NCBI GenBank assembly: GCA_035552975.1 | Contig: DATNEN010000137.1 | Coordinates: 159 to 64,158, forward strand | Length of the DNA stretch: 64,000 bases | Origin: Steroidobacteraceae bacterium | GTDB taxonomy: Bacteria > Pseudomonadota > Gammaproteobacteria > Steroidobacterales > Steroidobacteraceae | Direction of reading: 5' to 3' | Part shown: positions 47,429-57,046 of the stretch, piece after piece | Layout of the letters: each line of letters opens with the position of its first letter | Position numbering within the stretch: position 1 is the stretch's first letter | Made by a program: the position numbers and the translations under genes | Notes under the pieces: model-generated | Told to the model about the DNA's origin: nothing | What the model saw: only the letters and a program-made list of their open reading frames with translations | The model's database searches: none

Positions 47429-47704
47429 ATGGCCGATTCCAGTGTGGAAATCGCGGTCGAGATGAGCCTGTATCCCCTCGCGGCGGATTTCATCCCCACG
47501 ATCAAGGATTTCATCGACAGGCTCAATACCCATACGGATCTGCGCATCGTGACCAACAGCCTGAGCACGCAGGTGTTCGGTCCGCACGACAGGCTGTTTG
47601 ATGTGCTGAAGGCGGAGATCGGCAGGACCTTCGCCGAGCGCGACAGCGCCGGCGGCAAGGCCGTGTTCGTGATGAAAGTGTTGGGGCCGCTCGCGCCGGC
47701 ATGA
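47429..47704 (+). CDS. YkoF/MTH1187-family (DUF77) thiamine/HMP-binding protein
   Basis: 91 aa. VEIAVEMSLYPL…IKDFIDRL…LRIVTNSLSTQVFG… fits the ACT-like YkoF fold pattern. GGAG lies 8 nt upstream. The operon context is thiamine-related. Confidence 0.65.
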   Translation: MADSSVEIAVEMSLYPLAADFIPTIKDFIDRLNTHTDLRIVTNSLSTQVFGPHDRLFDVLKAEIGRTFAERDSAGGKAVFVMKVLGPLAPA

Positions 47705-48321
47705 CGGAGGTTTCCCACATCATCGACGGCATAGTCGCCGGCCTCGCCGGGATTTCCGTGCTGGAGGCGGTTTCCGTCGTGCTTGCGCTCGTGTCCTCCG
47801 TGCAGGAGATCAAGCGCTCACGCTGGTGTTGGGTCACCGGAGGTCTTGCCTCCGCCATCGCGATCTATCTCTATGCACGCTCGCGGCTGCCCATGCAGGC
47901 CGCGCTGCAGGTGTACTACGTCGTGATCTCCGCCTACGGCTTCTGGCACTGGTCGAAGGATCAGGGTGAGGTCACGCGCTCGGTGACAGTGTGGCCGCTG
48001 TGGAAGAACCTGGTCGCCTGCGTGGCCACCGTCCTCGTGAGCGCGCTGACAGCCCGCTGGCTGGCGACGGAGACTCAGGCCGCCTGGCCGTTTCTGGACT
48101 CGCTCACGACCTGGGGGAGCCTGCTGGCCACGTGGCTCATGGCGCGCGTGAAGCTCGAGAGCTGGGTGTACTGGTTGGCGATCGATGCGACCCTGGCATT
48201 CCTGTCCGCGGCGCAGGGTCTTTACCTGTTCGCAGGGCTGTCTATCGTGTACCTGGGCGTCTCCGCGGTAGGCTTTGCGGGATGGCTCAAGACCTATCGA
48301 CACCCGCTACCGGCGAGCTAG
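47701..48321 (+). CDS. pnuT: PnuC-family transporter, thiamine-type (PnuT) by context
   Basis: 206 aa, about 7 TM segments. Has the PnuC pattern (W…G…LY…MQAALQVYYVVISAYGFWHW). ATGA overlap with the YkoF-like gene. Confidence 0.75.
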   Translation: MTEVSHIIDGIVAGLAGISVLEAVSVVLALVSSVQEIKRSRWCWVTGGLASAIAIYLYARSRLPMQAALQVYYVVISAYGFWHWSKDQGEVTRSVTVWPLWKNLVACVATVLVSALTARWLATETQAAWPFLDSLTTWGSLLATWLMARVKLESWVYWLAIDATLAFLSAAQGLYLFAGLSIVYLGVSAVGFAGWLKTYRHPLPAS

Positions 48322-49184
48322 CCTCGGACGTTGAGGCCGTGACGCTGGCGCACGTTCCCGGTTTCTCCCCCACCCAGGCACAGATCACTCCCCTTACCGG
48401 CGGCGGCTTCAATCGCAGCTATCTCGTGCGGACCTCGGTGGGGCGTTTCGTCGTGCGCTTCAGCCCTGAGCCTGATGCTTGGCTCGCGTCCGACCGCAAT
48501 GTCGAGAGGGTCCTGCACGGTCTCGCCGCCGCTGCCGGCCTGGCGCCCGCCATCGTCTACGCGGACCCTGCTGACCGTTGGCTGATCACGGAGTTCGTCG
48601 AGGGTATTGCGTGGGACGATGCGAGCTTCGAGCGCCCCGAATGTCTGGCCATGCTTGGCGACACGCTACGCGCCCTGCACGCGATAGCGCCTCCGGAGGC
48701 CGGCCGCTTCGACCTCCTCCAGGCCCTGGACCACTACGCTCAGCGCCTGCAGCAGGCGGGCAGCCCCTTGAGTGAGGACTACCTGGAGCAGGCGGCCGTC
48801 GCGTGGCGTCTTTGCGGCGCGCCGGACCGGCCGGTGGCCGTCCTTCACCACGACCTGCACGGCTCGAACCTCATCGAGTGCCCTTCCGGGAGGTTGGTGC
48901 TCATCGATTGGGAGTGCGCCGTCGTGAACGACCCGCTGCTGGATGTCGCGTGCGCGCTTTCTTACTTCCCCTCGGCCCGTGCGCACGCGGACGTCCTGCT
49001 GGAGCGTTCCGGCCTGGGTCAGGTGACCGAGCGCCAACTCGCCGCCTCCGTCTGGCTGTTCGATCTGCACATGTGGCTCTGGTACCGGGAGCGGCGCACA
49101 CGCCGTGACCCGACGCCCGCCGAGCTGGGCGCCGAAGCACGGCGGGCCCAGGCCCTCGGGGCAGGGATCCCAGGCTCCCTGTAG
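48282..49184 (+). CDS. Choline/aminoglycoside-kinase-fold phosphotransferase; thiamine kinase (ThiK-like) by context
   Basis: LTGGGFNRSYLV, catalytic loop HHDLHGSNLI and LIDWECA (DxE). ATG 48282 overlaps pnuT by 40 nt; GTG 48339 is an alternative start. Confidence 0.7.
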   Translation: MAQDLSTPATGELASDVEAVTLAHVPGFSPTQAQITPLTGGGFNRSYLVRTSVGRFVVRFSPEPDAWLASDRNVERVLHGLAAAAGLAPAIVYADPADRWLITEFVEGIAWDDASFERPECLAMLGDTLRALHAIAPPEAGRFDLLQALDHYAQRLQQAGSPLSEDYLEQAAVAWRLCGAPDRPVAVLHHDLHGSNLIECPSGRLVLIDWECAVVNDPLLDVACALSYFPSARAHADVLLERSGLGQVTERQLAASVWLFDLHMWLWYRERRTRRDPTPAELGAEARRAQALGAGIPGSL

Positions 49185-49323
49185 ACCGCGGCTGGTGGGC
49201 TCAGGCGACGCGGGCCCGCGCCGTCGTCGTGCCAGCATCCGCACGGGTGCCGGCTGGCGCCAGCGCGCCCGAATCGGCAAACTACCGGGCCCCGATCCGG
49301 GGGTCTCCTTAGGGCTTGCGGGC

Positions 49324-49638
49324 ATGCCGTTATTGCGGGTCGTCGATCGCGACGGGGTCGAGCACGAAGTCGATGCGAAGGCTGGGCTGAAAATCATGGA
49401 GACGCTGCGGGAGTACGACTGGGGCGTGGCGGCCATCTGCGGCGGCATGTGCTCCTGCGCCACCTGCCACATCTACATCGATCCGGAGTGGGAATCGCGG
49501 CTCCCGGCGCCCATGTCCGACGAGCGCGAGCTGCTGGTCGAGCTTGCCCATCACCAGTCGAACTCACGGCTGTCCTGCCAGGTGGAGGTCACGCCCAGCC
49601 TGGAGGGCTTGCGCGTGACCATCGCGCCGGACGAGTAG
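49324..49638 (+). CDS. [2Fe-2S] ferredoxin, adrenodoxin/putidaredoxin type
   Basis: 104 aa from the internal ATG 49324. CGGMCSCATCH…RLSCQ cluster-ligand pattern. Confidence 0.85.
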   Translation: MPLLRVVDRDGVEHEVDAKAGLKIMETLREYDWGVAAICGGMCSCATCHIYIDPEWESRLPAPMSDERELLVELAHHQSNSRLSCQVEVTPSLEGLRVTIAPDE

Positions 49639-49648
49639 GCGAGGGCGC

Positions 49649-50050
49649 ATGTCCTGGGTCGTCATCCTCACTTTCATCGTCGCCGCCGGCATCATCGGCG
49701 CGCGCATCTACTTCAATCTGCGCAAGGTCGCCAGGTCGAGGTCGGAGAGTTGGGATGAGAAGATGGTGGCGCAGCTGCGCGCCAAGGGGTATGTCCCCTT
49801 CAATGACTACCCGGTGGACTTCTTCCTTGCCCTGCCTGATGAGGCTGCGTGCGCTGCGGTGCGCGCCAAGCTGGAGGGTGAGGGGTACCAGGTGGACGTG
49901 CGGCCGGTGGAGGGTGCTCCCGAGCTGCGCTTCAGCCTGCACGCAAAGAAGACGATGCGGATCATCGCACAGATGATTCAGGAAACCGGCCGCCACCTGA
50001 GCTCGATCGCCACCGAGCACGGTGGGCAATACGACGGCTGGTCCGCTTAA
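49649..50050 (+). CDS. RraB-like (regulator of ribonuclease activity B) domain protein with an N-terminal TM helix
   Basis: 133 aa. TM helix, then DFFLALPDEAA…L..EGY.V…GGQYDGWSA, which matches the RraB-domain pattern from memory. Confidence 0.55.
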   Translation: MSWVVILTFIVAAGIIGARIYFNLRKVARSRSESWDEKMVAQLRAKGYVPFNDYPVDFFLALPDEAACAAVRAKLEGEGYQVDVRPVEGAPELRFSLHAKKTMRIIAQMIQETGRHLSSIATEHGGQYDGWSA

Positions 50051-50056
50051 GAATCT

Positions 50057-50824
50057 CTATTTCTTCTTTTCCGTCTGCCGCCGCACCGCTTCCGCAGCTG
50101 CTGCGATGGCCGCGGGATCTCCCAGGTAGCGGCTTGCCAGCGGCTTCAACTCCCGGTCCAGCTCGTACAGCAGCGGGACGCCCGTGGGAATGTTGAGCTC
50201 CACGATCTCGTTCTCCGATACGTGGTCGAGCATCTTGACCATGGCCCGCAGGCTGTTGCCATGCGCGGCGACCAGCACGTTCCGGCCCGTGCGCAGCTCG
50301 GGCGCGATGCGGCTGTGCCAGAACGGAAGGACTCGCGCGAGAGTTTCCTTCAACGATTCCGTTCCGGGGAGCTCTGCGGGATCGGCGTCCGCGTAGCGAG
50401 GGTCCAGGCGCGGATGCCGCGGATCGTCCTCCGCCAGTGCCGGCGGCGGAATGTCGTAGCTGCGACGCCAGATCTTCACCTGAGGCTCGCCGTGCTTCTC
50501 CACCGTCTGCGTCTTGTTCAGGCCTTGCAGAGCGCCGTAGTGACGCTCGTTGAGACGCCAGCTGCGCTCCACCGGTATCCACATCCGATCCATCTCATCC
50601 AGCGCGATCCACAGGGTGCGGATCGCACGCTTCAGCACCGAGGTGAAGGCGATGTCGATCGCGAGCTTTTCCTGCAGCAACTCGCGGCCCGCCTGGGCGG
50701 CCTCGCGGCGCCCCTGCTCGGACAGATCGACGTCCGTCCAGCCGGTAAACAGGTTCTCGACATTCCAGATGCTCTGGCCATGGCGCAACAGCACTAACTT
50801 ACCGGGAATGGGCTTACCGGGCAT
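50057..50824 (-). CDS. gpmA: 2,3-bisphosphoglycerate-dependent phosphoglycerate mutase
   Basis: [44 protein letters not shown] and [10 protein letters not shown]. Confidence 0.9.
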   Translation of the reverse strand: MPGKPIPGKLVLLRHGQSIWNVENLFTGWTDVDLSEQGRREAAQAGRELLQEKLAIDIAFTSVLKRAIRTLWIALDEMDRMWIPVERSWRLNERHYGALQGLNKTQTVEKHGEPQVKIWRRSYDIPPPALAEDDPRHPRLDPRYADADPAELPGTESLKETLARVLPFWHSRIAPELRTGRNVLVAAHGNSLRAMVKMLDHVSENEIVELNIPTGVPLLYELDRELKPLASRYLGDPAAIAAAAEAVRRQTEKKK

Positions 50825-50845
50825 GGGTCTGTCTCTCCAGAAAAA

Positions 50846-53800
50846 TCAGTCGGCCAGCTTGCGCAGCGAGTCGATACCGACCGACAGTGTCGCAAAATCC
50901 GCGGCTCCCGCGGCACGCATGTCCGCCAGCATACGCTGCCAGTGGGCGAGGTCCGGGCCGGCCGTCTCCAGCCAGGCGCTCACGCGAGCCGCCTCTGTCC
51001 CGGCGAGCTCGACCGTAAGGATCTTCTCGGTCAGCCCCCTGTGAATGCGCAGTGCGCTGTCGCGCAGCCCCGCACGCGCAACCGCTTGCCAGGGACCTTC
51101 GACAGGCAGCTGCTCGACCTGTTCCTGCAGCCAGTCCAGGCCGATGCGGGCCCCGAGATCGAAGTAGATGCGGGCGGTCGTCACGACTTCCGCTGCATGC
51201 GCGCCGGCCAGCTCGACGATGTCGAGTGCCGAGTTGTGCGCGCTCAGGCTCGCAATGCGGCCCGCGAGCTCGTGCGGCACCCCCGCTTCCGTGCACTGCT
51301 TCTTCGTGCGCTCGAAGCGCTCGTGCTCGTTTCCCGAGAGGAGGTGGGGAATATCCGCTTCGAGCTGGCGTACGCCCTTGCGGAACTCCGCGACGGCCTG
51401 ATCGACCTGCAGCTCGGACCTGCGCCGCGCGAGCAGCCAGTAGGTCATGTGCCGCAGCAGCCGGCTGGTCTGAAACTGCATCGCGTACTGAACGTTCGCG
51501 GCCACGCGCGTGTCGAGCGCTTCGATCTGCGCCCAGAGCTTACGCATGTCGAAAATCTCGCGGGCGGCGGTGTACGCGCGGGCAATCTGGGCGGGGTTGG
51601 CCCCGGTCTCCTCCTGGGCTCGCGGCACGAAGGTCGCCCCCATGCGGTTCACCAGGCTGTTGGTCGTTGCGGTGGCGATGATCTCGCGCCGCAGCCTGTG
51701 ACGCCTGATGGCGCGGGCGAAGCGTTCCTGCACCGGTGTCGGGAAGTAGCGCGCCAGCTCGTTCGACAGATAGGGATCTTCGGGCACGTCGGAGGCGAGC
51801 AGATGGTTGTTCAGCCAGATCTTGCTGTACGCCAGCAGCACTGCCAGCTCGGGGCGCGTCAGGCCGGCGCCGAGCTTGCGCCGCTCGGCGAGCTCATCAT
51901 CGGACGGCAGGAACTCCAGTGCACGGTTGAGATCCCCGGAGCGCTCCAGCGAGCGCATCAGGTTCTGGTACTCGGGCACGCGCGTTTTCGACTGCAGCTC
52001 CAGCGTGCTGATCGCCTGCCCCTGCAAGTAGTTGTTACGCAGCACCAGCGCGGCGACCTCCCGGGTCATGCGCGCCAGCAGCTGATTGCGCTGCCCGAGA
52101 GCGAGCTTGCCGGCGGCGACCCCTCGGCGGCGTCGAACCCCGGCGCTCTTTTGGTGCTCAGCGGACTGAGCAGCGGGAAACTCGACCAGGGGATTCAGCA
52201 GGATCTTGATGTTGACTTCGACGTCCGAGGTGTTGACGCCCGCGGAGTTGTCGATGAAGTCGGTGTTGAGCCGGCCGCCGGAGGAGGCGTACTCGACCCG
52301 GCCGCGCTGGGTCAGGCCGAGGTTGCCGCCTTCGCCGACCACCCTCGCCTTGACCTCCATGCCGTTGATCCGCACGCCATCGTTGGCCCGGTCGCCGACG
52401 TCGGCGTTGGTCTCCGTGCTCGCCTTGACGTAAGTGCCGATTCCGCCGTTCCAGAGAAGGTCCACGGGCATGCGCAGGATGGCGCGGATGATGTCGTTGG
52501 GCGGGGCGGAGGCCACCTCCATGCCCAGCAGGCTGCGCACTTCCGCGGAGAGGGCTATCGATTTGGTGGTGCGGGGAAACACACCACCGCCGCGCGAGAG
52601 CTGCTTGCGGTCGTAGTCGTCCCAGCTCGAGCGCGGCAAGTCGAACAGCCGCTGCCGTTCTGCGAAGCTGGCCGCCGCCTGGGGAGCGGGATCCAGAAAG
52701 ATGTGCCGGTGATCAAACGCCGCCTGCAGGCGGATGTGAGGCGACAGGAGCATACCGTTGCCGAACACGTCGCCGGACATGTCGCCGATGCCGGCGACCG
52801 TGAAGTCGTTCTTCTGGATATCGGTGCCGAGCTCACGAAAATGCCGTTTCACACACTCCCAGGCGCCGCGGGCGGTAATGCCCATCGCCTTGTGGTCGTA
52901 GCCGGCCGAGCCGCCGGAGGCGAAGGCATCGCCGAGCCAGAATTGATACTCGGCGGAGATCCCATTGGCGATGTCGGAGAAGGTCGCCGTGCCCTTGTCG
53001 GCGGCAACGACGAGATAGGCGTCATCGGTATCGCGTCGGACCACACGCGGCGGGACGACTATGCGCCCGGACGCGAAGTTGTCCGTGATGTCCAGCAGTC
53101 CCTGCATGAACGTGCGGTAGCAAGCGATGACTTCGGCCTGGATCTCTTCCCGTGGACCTGCCGGCAGGCGCTTGGCGACAAAGCCGCCCTTGGCCCCGAC
53201 AGGGACGATGAGGGTGTTCTTGACGTTCTGGGCCTTCATCAGCCCCAGGACCTCCGTGCGGAAGTCTTCGCGCCGGTCGGACCAGCGGATGCCGCCACGC
53301 GCCACGTACCCCATGCGCAGATGCACCGCTTCCACGCGCGGGCTGTAGACGAAGATCTCGAATTTTGGGCGGGGCAGCGGCAGGTCGGGGATCCGCGCCG
53401 GGTCGAGCTTGAACGACAGATACCCCTTCGGCTTGCCGGCGGCATCGAGCTGATAGAAGTTGGTTCGCAGCGTCGCTTCGACCAGCGTCAGGTAGGCGCG
53501 CAGAATGCGATCCTCGTCGAGGCTGGTGACGGCATCCAGTCCCACGCGGATCTGCGCGATGAGCTTGTCGGCGTTACTGCGCGCCATGCGCGCCAACTCC
53601 GGATCGAAGCGCGCCTCGAACAGCTTCACCAGCTGGCGCGCGAGCGTCGGATTCGCTCCGAGCGTGCGCTCCATGTACACCTGGCTGAAAGGTACGCCGG
53701 TCTGCAGCAGGTAGCGGCAGTACGCGCGCAGAATGACGATCTCGCGCACCAGCAGTCCCGCCGACAGCAGCAGCCTGTTGAAGCCGTCGTTCTCGACTTC

Positions 53801-55738
53801 CCCGGCCCACGTGGCCGACAGCGCGTCGCAGAAAGCGATCTCCACACCGCCGATGTCGATCTGCATGCGGTCACGGTGCTCGAGCTCGAAGTCCTGGATC
53901 CATGCCGAGCCGCCTTCCGGCCAGGACAGCTCGTAGGGACGCTCCGCGATGACCCGCAGTCCGAAGTTCTCCAGCATCGGGAGCAGATCGGAAATCGGCA
54001 CGGGCTCGCCCAGCTTGGTCACCTTCAGGTGCATGCGGGTCGAGACCTGCGACTTGGGCCGATGCAGTCGCAGGCGCAGCGTCTGCGGCTGCGAGCGAAG
54101 GTTCTCCAGGTCGGCGATGTCCTCGAGCACGGCGGGAGGGTCGACATCCTCCTGGTAGGCCATGGGGAACACGTGGCGATAGCGCTGTGCCACGGCCAAC
54201 CCGGCGGCTTCTCCATTGCTCTGGGTCAGTACCTGACGCAGGCGATCGGTCCAGGTGGTCGCCGCCTGGGCAACACGCTGCTCGATCGCTGCGAGATCGA
54301 CCTTGCGACGATCTTCCGGATCGGTGCGCACGACGACGTGCACGCGCGCGTGGATTGATCCCGAGATCTGCACGTGCGACTCGACGCTCTGGCCGCCGAA
54401 CCCGTCGAGGATGATCTGCTCGATACGCTGCCTCACCTCCGTGCTGTAGCGATCGCGCGGCACGTAGATCAGCAAGGCATAGAAACGATGGAACGGGTCG
54501 CGGCGTGCGAGCACGCGCACCGTGCGGCGCTCATAGAGATTGACGACTCCGCGCACGATGCGGATGAGGTCCTGGACGTCCGCCTGGAACAGCTCCTCGC
54601 GCGGGTAGGTCTCGAGGACGTTCAGGACCGCCTTGCCGTCGTGGCTGTGGGGGTCGAGGTCGAAGAACTCGATGACTTTCTCGACCTTGCGCCGCAAAAC
54701 GGGAATGTCGCGGGGACTGCGGTGGTACGCGCTGGAAGTCCACAGGCCCAGGAATCGATGCTCGCCGGTGACGCCCCCGCGGCTATCAAAGGACTTCACC
54801 CCCACATAGTCGAGATACTCGGCGCGATGCACCGTCGCAATCGAGTTGGCCTTGGAGATGTTCAGAAGCGTGCGGTCGCGTGCGCGGGCACGGACGTCCC
54901 CGCGCAGGGTCGTGACCTTTGCGCTCGGCCGGCCGCGCAAGATCCCGAGCCCCGACTTCGCCTCCGGCTGCAGACGGTCCTGCGCGGAGCCGCGCTCGAG
55001 GTGATAGTAGCGATAGCCCAGAAAGACGAAGTGCCGCTCTTCCATCCACGTGAGGAGCTTGCGAGCCTCAGCCAACTCATCCGCCGGCAGGGCAGGAGGT
55101 TCGCTTTCCAGCGACTGGACGAGCTGGCGTGCTCGCTCGCGCATCGGTTGCCAGTCCTCGACGACGACACGAACCTCGTCGAGAGTCGTGGCGATGCGCT
55201 CCTGGAGCTTGCCGAGCTGCCCGGGATCGGTCTGCCGGTCGATCTCGTAGAGCTGCCAGGATTCGGCGCGCGCCGGCTCACGCCCGTCGGTTCCGATGCC
55301 GGTGAGCCTCCCGCGGCCGTCCCGGCGCACCTCGATGACCGGATGAACGATGAGGTGCACGGCCAACTCGGCGCGGGTGAACACGATCCCGATCGAGTCG
55401 ACCAGGAAGGGCTTGTCGTCGGTGACGATCATGACGAGGGTGTGCGGCGACTCGAAACCGTCGCGCGCCTGCTCGGGATTGAACACCTTCACCAGCGATT
55501 GCCCGGGCGCACGCCGTCCTGATCCGAATTCCAGGTGATGCAAAGCGGCTGCGGCGAGCGTGCCCGGGGCGCGGCTGGTGAGATCTTCCTCACCGACGCC
55601 GTGGAAATAGCCTTCCAGGAACTTCCTCGCGTCGCGCCCGCGGGCGACCGAAGAGATCTTCTTTATCAGGGCAACGCGTGCGGGGGGAATACTTCGTAGC
55701 GCTCGGCTGTCATCCGGCGAGGGCTGCCCGTGCATCAT
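50846..55738 (-). CDS. gdhB: Large (about 180 kDa) NAD-specific glutamate dehydrogenase
   Basis: 1630 aa. Bac_GDH-type architecture with the catalytic core (…VPVGAKGGFV…, VVAADKGTATFSD, GDMSGDVFGNGML). Its ATG shares one nt with the E2 stop (TGATG). Confidence 0.9.
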   Translation of the reverse strand: MMHGQPSPDDSRALRSIPPARVALIKKISSVARGRDARKFLEGYFHGVGEEDLTSRAPGTLAAAALHHLEFGSGRRAPGQSLVKVFNPEQARDGFESPHTLVMIVTDDKPFLVDSIGIVFTRAELAVHLIVHPVIEVRRDGRGRLTGIGTDGREPARAESWQLYEIDRQTDPGQLGKLQERIATTLDEVRVVVEDWQPMRERARQLVQSLESEPPALPADELAEARKLLTWMEERHFVFLGYRYYHLERGSAQDRLQPEAKSGLGILRGRPSAKVTTLRGDVRARARDRTLLNISKANSIATVHRAEYLDYVGVKSFDSRGGVTGEHRFLGLWTSSAYHRSPRDIPVLRRKVEKVIEFFDLDPHSHDGKAVLNVLETYPREELFQADVQDLIRIVRGVVNLYERRTVRVLARRDPFHRFYALLIYVPRDRYSTEVRQRIEQIILDGFGGQSVESHVQISGSIHARVHVVVRTDPEDRRKVDLAAIEQRVAQAATTWTDRLRQVLTQSNGEAAGLAVAQRYRHVFPMAYQEDVDPPAVLEDIADLENLRSQPQTLRLRLHRPKSQVSTRMHLKVTKLGEPVPISDLLPMLENFGLRVIAERPYELSWPEGGSAWIQDFELEHRDRMQIDIGGVEIAFCDALSATWAGEVENDGFNRLLLSAGLLVREIVILRAYCRYLLQTGVPFSQVYMERTLGANPTLARQLVKLFEARFDPELARMARSNADKLIAQIRVGLDAVTSLDEDRILRAYLTLVEATLRTNFYQLDAAGKPKGYLSFKLDPARIPDLPLPRPKFEIFVYSPRVEAVHLRMGYVARGGIRWSDRREDFRTEVLGLMKAQNVKNTLIVPVGAKGGFVAKRLPAGPREEIQAEVIACYRTFMQGLLDITDNFASGRIVVPPRVVRRDTDDAYLVVAADKGTATFSDIANGISAEYQFWLGDAFASGGSAGYDHKAMGITARGAWECVKRHFRELGTDIQKNDFTVAGIGDMSGDVFGNGMLLSPHIRLQAAFDHRHIFLDPAPQAAASFAERQRLFDLPRSSWDDYDRKQLSRGGGVFPRTTKSIALSAEVRSLLGMEVASAPPNDIIRAILRMPVDLLWNGGIGTYVKASTETNADVGDRANDGVRINGMEVKARVVGEGGNLGLTQRGRVEYASSGGRLNTDFIDNSAGVNTSDVEVNIKILLNPLVEFPAAQSAEHQKSAGVRRRRGVAAGKLALGQRNQLLARMTREVAALVLRNNYLQGQAISTLELQSKTRVPEYQNLMRSLERSGDLNRALEFLPSDDELAERRKLGAGLTRPELAVLLAYSKIWLNNHLLASDVPEDPYLSNELARYFPTPVQERFARAIRRHRLRREIIATATTNSLVNRMGATFVPRAQEETGANPAQIARAYTAAREIFDMRKLWAQIEALDTRVAANVQYAMQFQTSRLLRHMTYWLLARRRSELQVDQAVAEFRKGVRQLEADIPHLLSGNEHERFERTKKQCTEAGVPHELAGRIASLSAHNSALDIVELAGAHAAEVVTTARIYFDLGARIGLDWLQEQVEQLPVEGPWQAVARAGLRDSALRIHRGLTEKILTVELAGTEAARVSAWLETAGPDLAHWQRMLADMRAAGAADFATLSVGIDSLRKLAD

Positions 55739-57021
55739 CAGGCTTCCCGTTCCAGGTCCGCCAGCAGCGCCGCCATGAACCGGGCCGCTTCCCCGCCGGT
55801 GACGCTGCGGTGATCGAATGTGAGTGACAGCGGCAGGCGCAGGTGCGCCTCGATCCGACCCATGACGGCGACTACATCATGGGTGAGCCGTCCGGCACCG
55901 AGGATGGCGACCGCCGGCGGTACCACGACAGGCGTCGCGTAGCGTCCGGCGATCATGCCGAAATTCGACAGCATGAATGTGAAGTCCTTGAGATCTTCCG
56001 CGCCGATCGAGCGGTCGCGCGCCGTGCGCTTGAGTCTATTGATGTCCTGCCGCAATTGCGCGGCGCTGCGGCCGCCGACATCCCGGACGACCGGTGCGAT
56101 CAACCCTTCGGGGGTGTCTACGGCAATTCCGACGTCCACGCGCGACAGCAGCAGGCGGCTGTGCGCCGTGTCATCGAGCCACGCATTGAGACCCGGCTCC
56201 GCCTTGCAGCCGACGGCGATGCCGCGCAGCAGGCGGGTGGTCACATCCTGCCCGACGCCCCACCGGTACAGGTCCGCGTCATCGAAGATCGTGCAGCTGG
56301 TGACGTTGTCGCGTGCCAGGCTCATCGACTGCGCCATGGAGCGGCGCAAGCCGCGCAACTTCTCCGGCTCCACGGCAGTCGCGTTGTGCCCTTTGCCGCT
56401 CGCGGCCAGTTTGGCGGCGGACGCCGCGCTGCTCGAGATGACACCAATGCCGCGTTGCGTAGCCAGCGTGCTTCTGAGCGCCGTTACGCTCGCAGACGAC
56501 GAAGTCGCTGCCACGACGTCGTCGACGCTGATCAGACCGCCGCGGCCGGTGCCTTGCACGCGGGATAGATCGACTCCCAGTCGCTTCGCGACAGCGCGCG
56601 CCGCTGGCGCCGCGCGCAGCCGGCCGCCGGAGCGGCTGGCGATGGTGCGCTCACCTGATTGAGTCACGGAGGGCTCGATGAGTTCTTCGTCGCTCGTGGG
56701 CATGCTGCCAACGATCGTGCCTGTGTCGCGTTGCGGGCTGGAGGGCGCGTCGGCGACCAGCGACTGAGTCGCCTTGGGCTCAGCCCCCTCAATGATGAAC
56801 TCCACGAGCGGCGCACCGGTGGCGATCACGTCGCCGGCCTTTCCGTGGAGGGCGGTGACGATGCCGGAATAGGGCGCAGGCACTTCCACGACTGCTTTGG
56901 CAGTCTCCACGGCCAGCATGGGCTGATCGACCTTGATCTGATCTCCGACCTGGACGTGCCAGCGAACGATTTCCGCTTCGGCCAATCCTTCGCCGAGATC
57001 AGGGAGATGGAAGGTCGTCAT
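55738..57021 (-). CDS. Dihydrolipoamide acyltransferase (E2) of a branched-chain/2-oxoacid dehydrogenase complex
   Basis: Lipoyl domain (LPDLGEGLAEAEIV…VETAKAVVEVPAP), an E3/E1-binding domain, and a catalytic domain ending …LSLTFDHRSVTGGEAARF. Confidence 0.85.
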   Translation of the reverse strand: MTTFHLPDLGEGLAEAEIVRWHVQVGDQIKVDQPMLAVETAKAVVEVPAPYSGIVTALHGKAGDVIATGAPLVEFIIEGAEPKATQSLVADAPSSPQRDTGTIVGSMPTSDEELIEPSVTQSGERTIASRSGGRLRAAPAARAVAKRLGVDLSRVQGTGRGGLISVDDVVAATSSSASVTALRSTLATQRGIGVISSSAASAAKLAASGKGHNATAVEPEKLRGLRRSMAQSMSLARDNVTSCTIFDDADLYRWGVGQDVTTRLLRGIAVGCKAEPGLNAWLDDTAHSRLLLSRVDVGIAVDTPEGLIAPVVRDVGGRSAAQLRQDINRLKRTARDRSIGAEDLKDFTFMLSNFGMIAGRYATPVVVPPAVAILGAGRLTHDVVAVMGRIEAHLRLPLSLTFDHRSVTGGEAARFMAALLADLEREA

Positions 57022-57046
57022 GGCAGCTCCGTGAAAGGGCCAGGAT

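Noticed and set aside
50942-54358. 1138-codon ORF on the plus strand, antisense to the NAD-glutamate dehydrogenase gene
   Set aside because: It lies in the codon-aligned antisense frame (50942-50846 is a multiple of 3). In that frame a stop arises only where the sense gene uses TTA, CTA or TCA, and these codons are almost absent in this GC3-rich genome. Its composition is the usual R/A/G/L/V/D shadow-ORF mix. The sense strand has unmistakable full-length GdhB homology. Antisense ORFs of these genes are a known source of spurious annotations.
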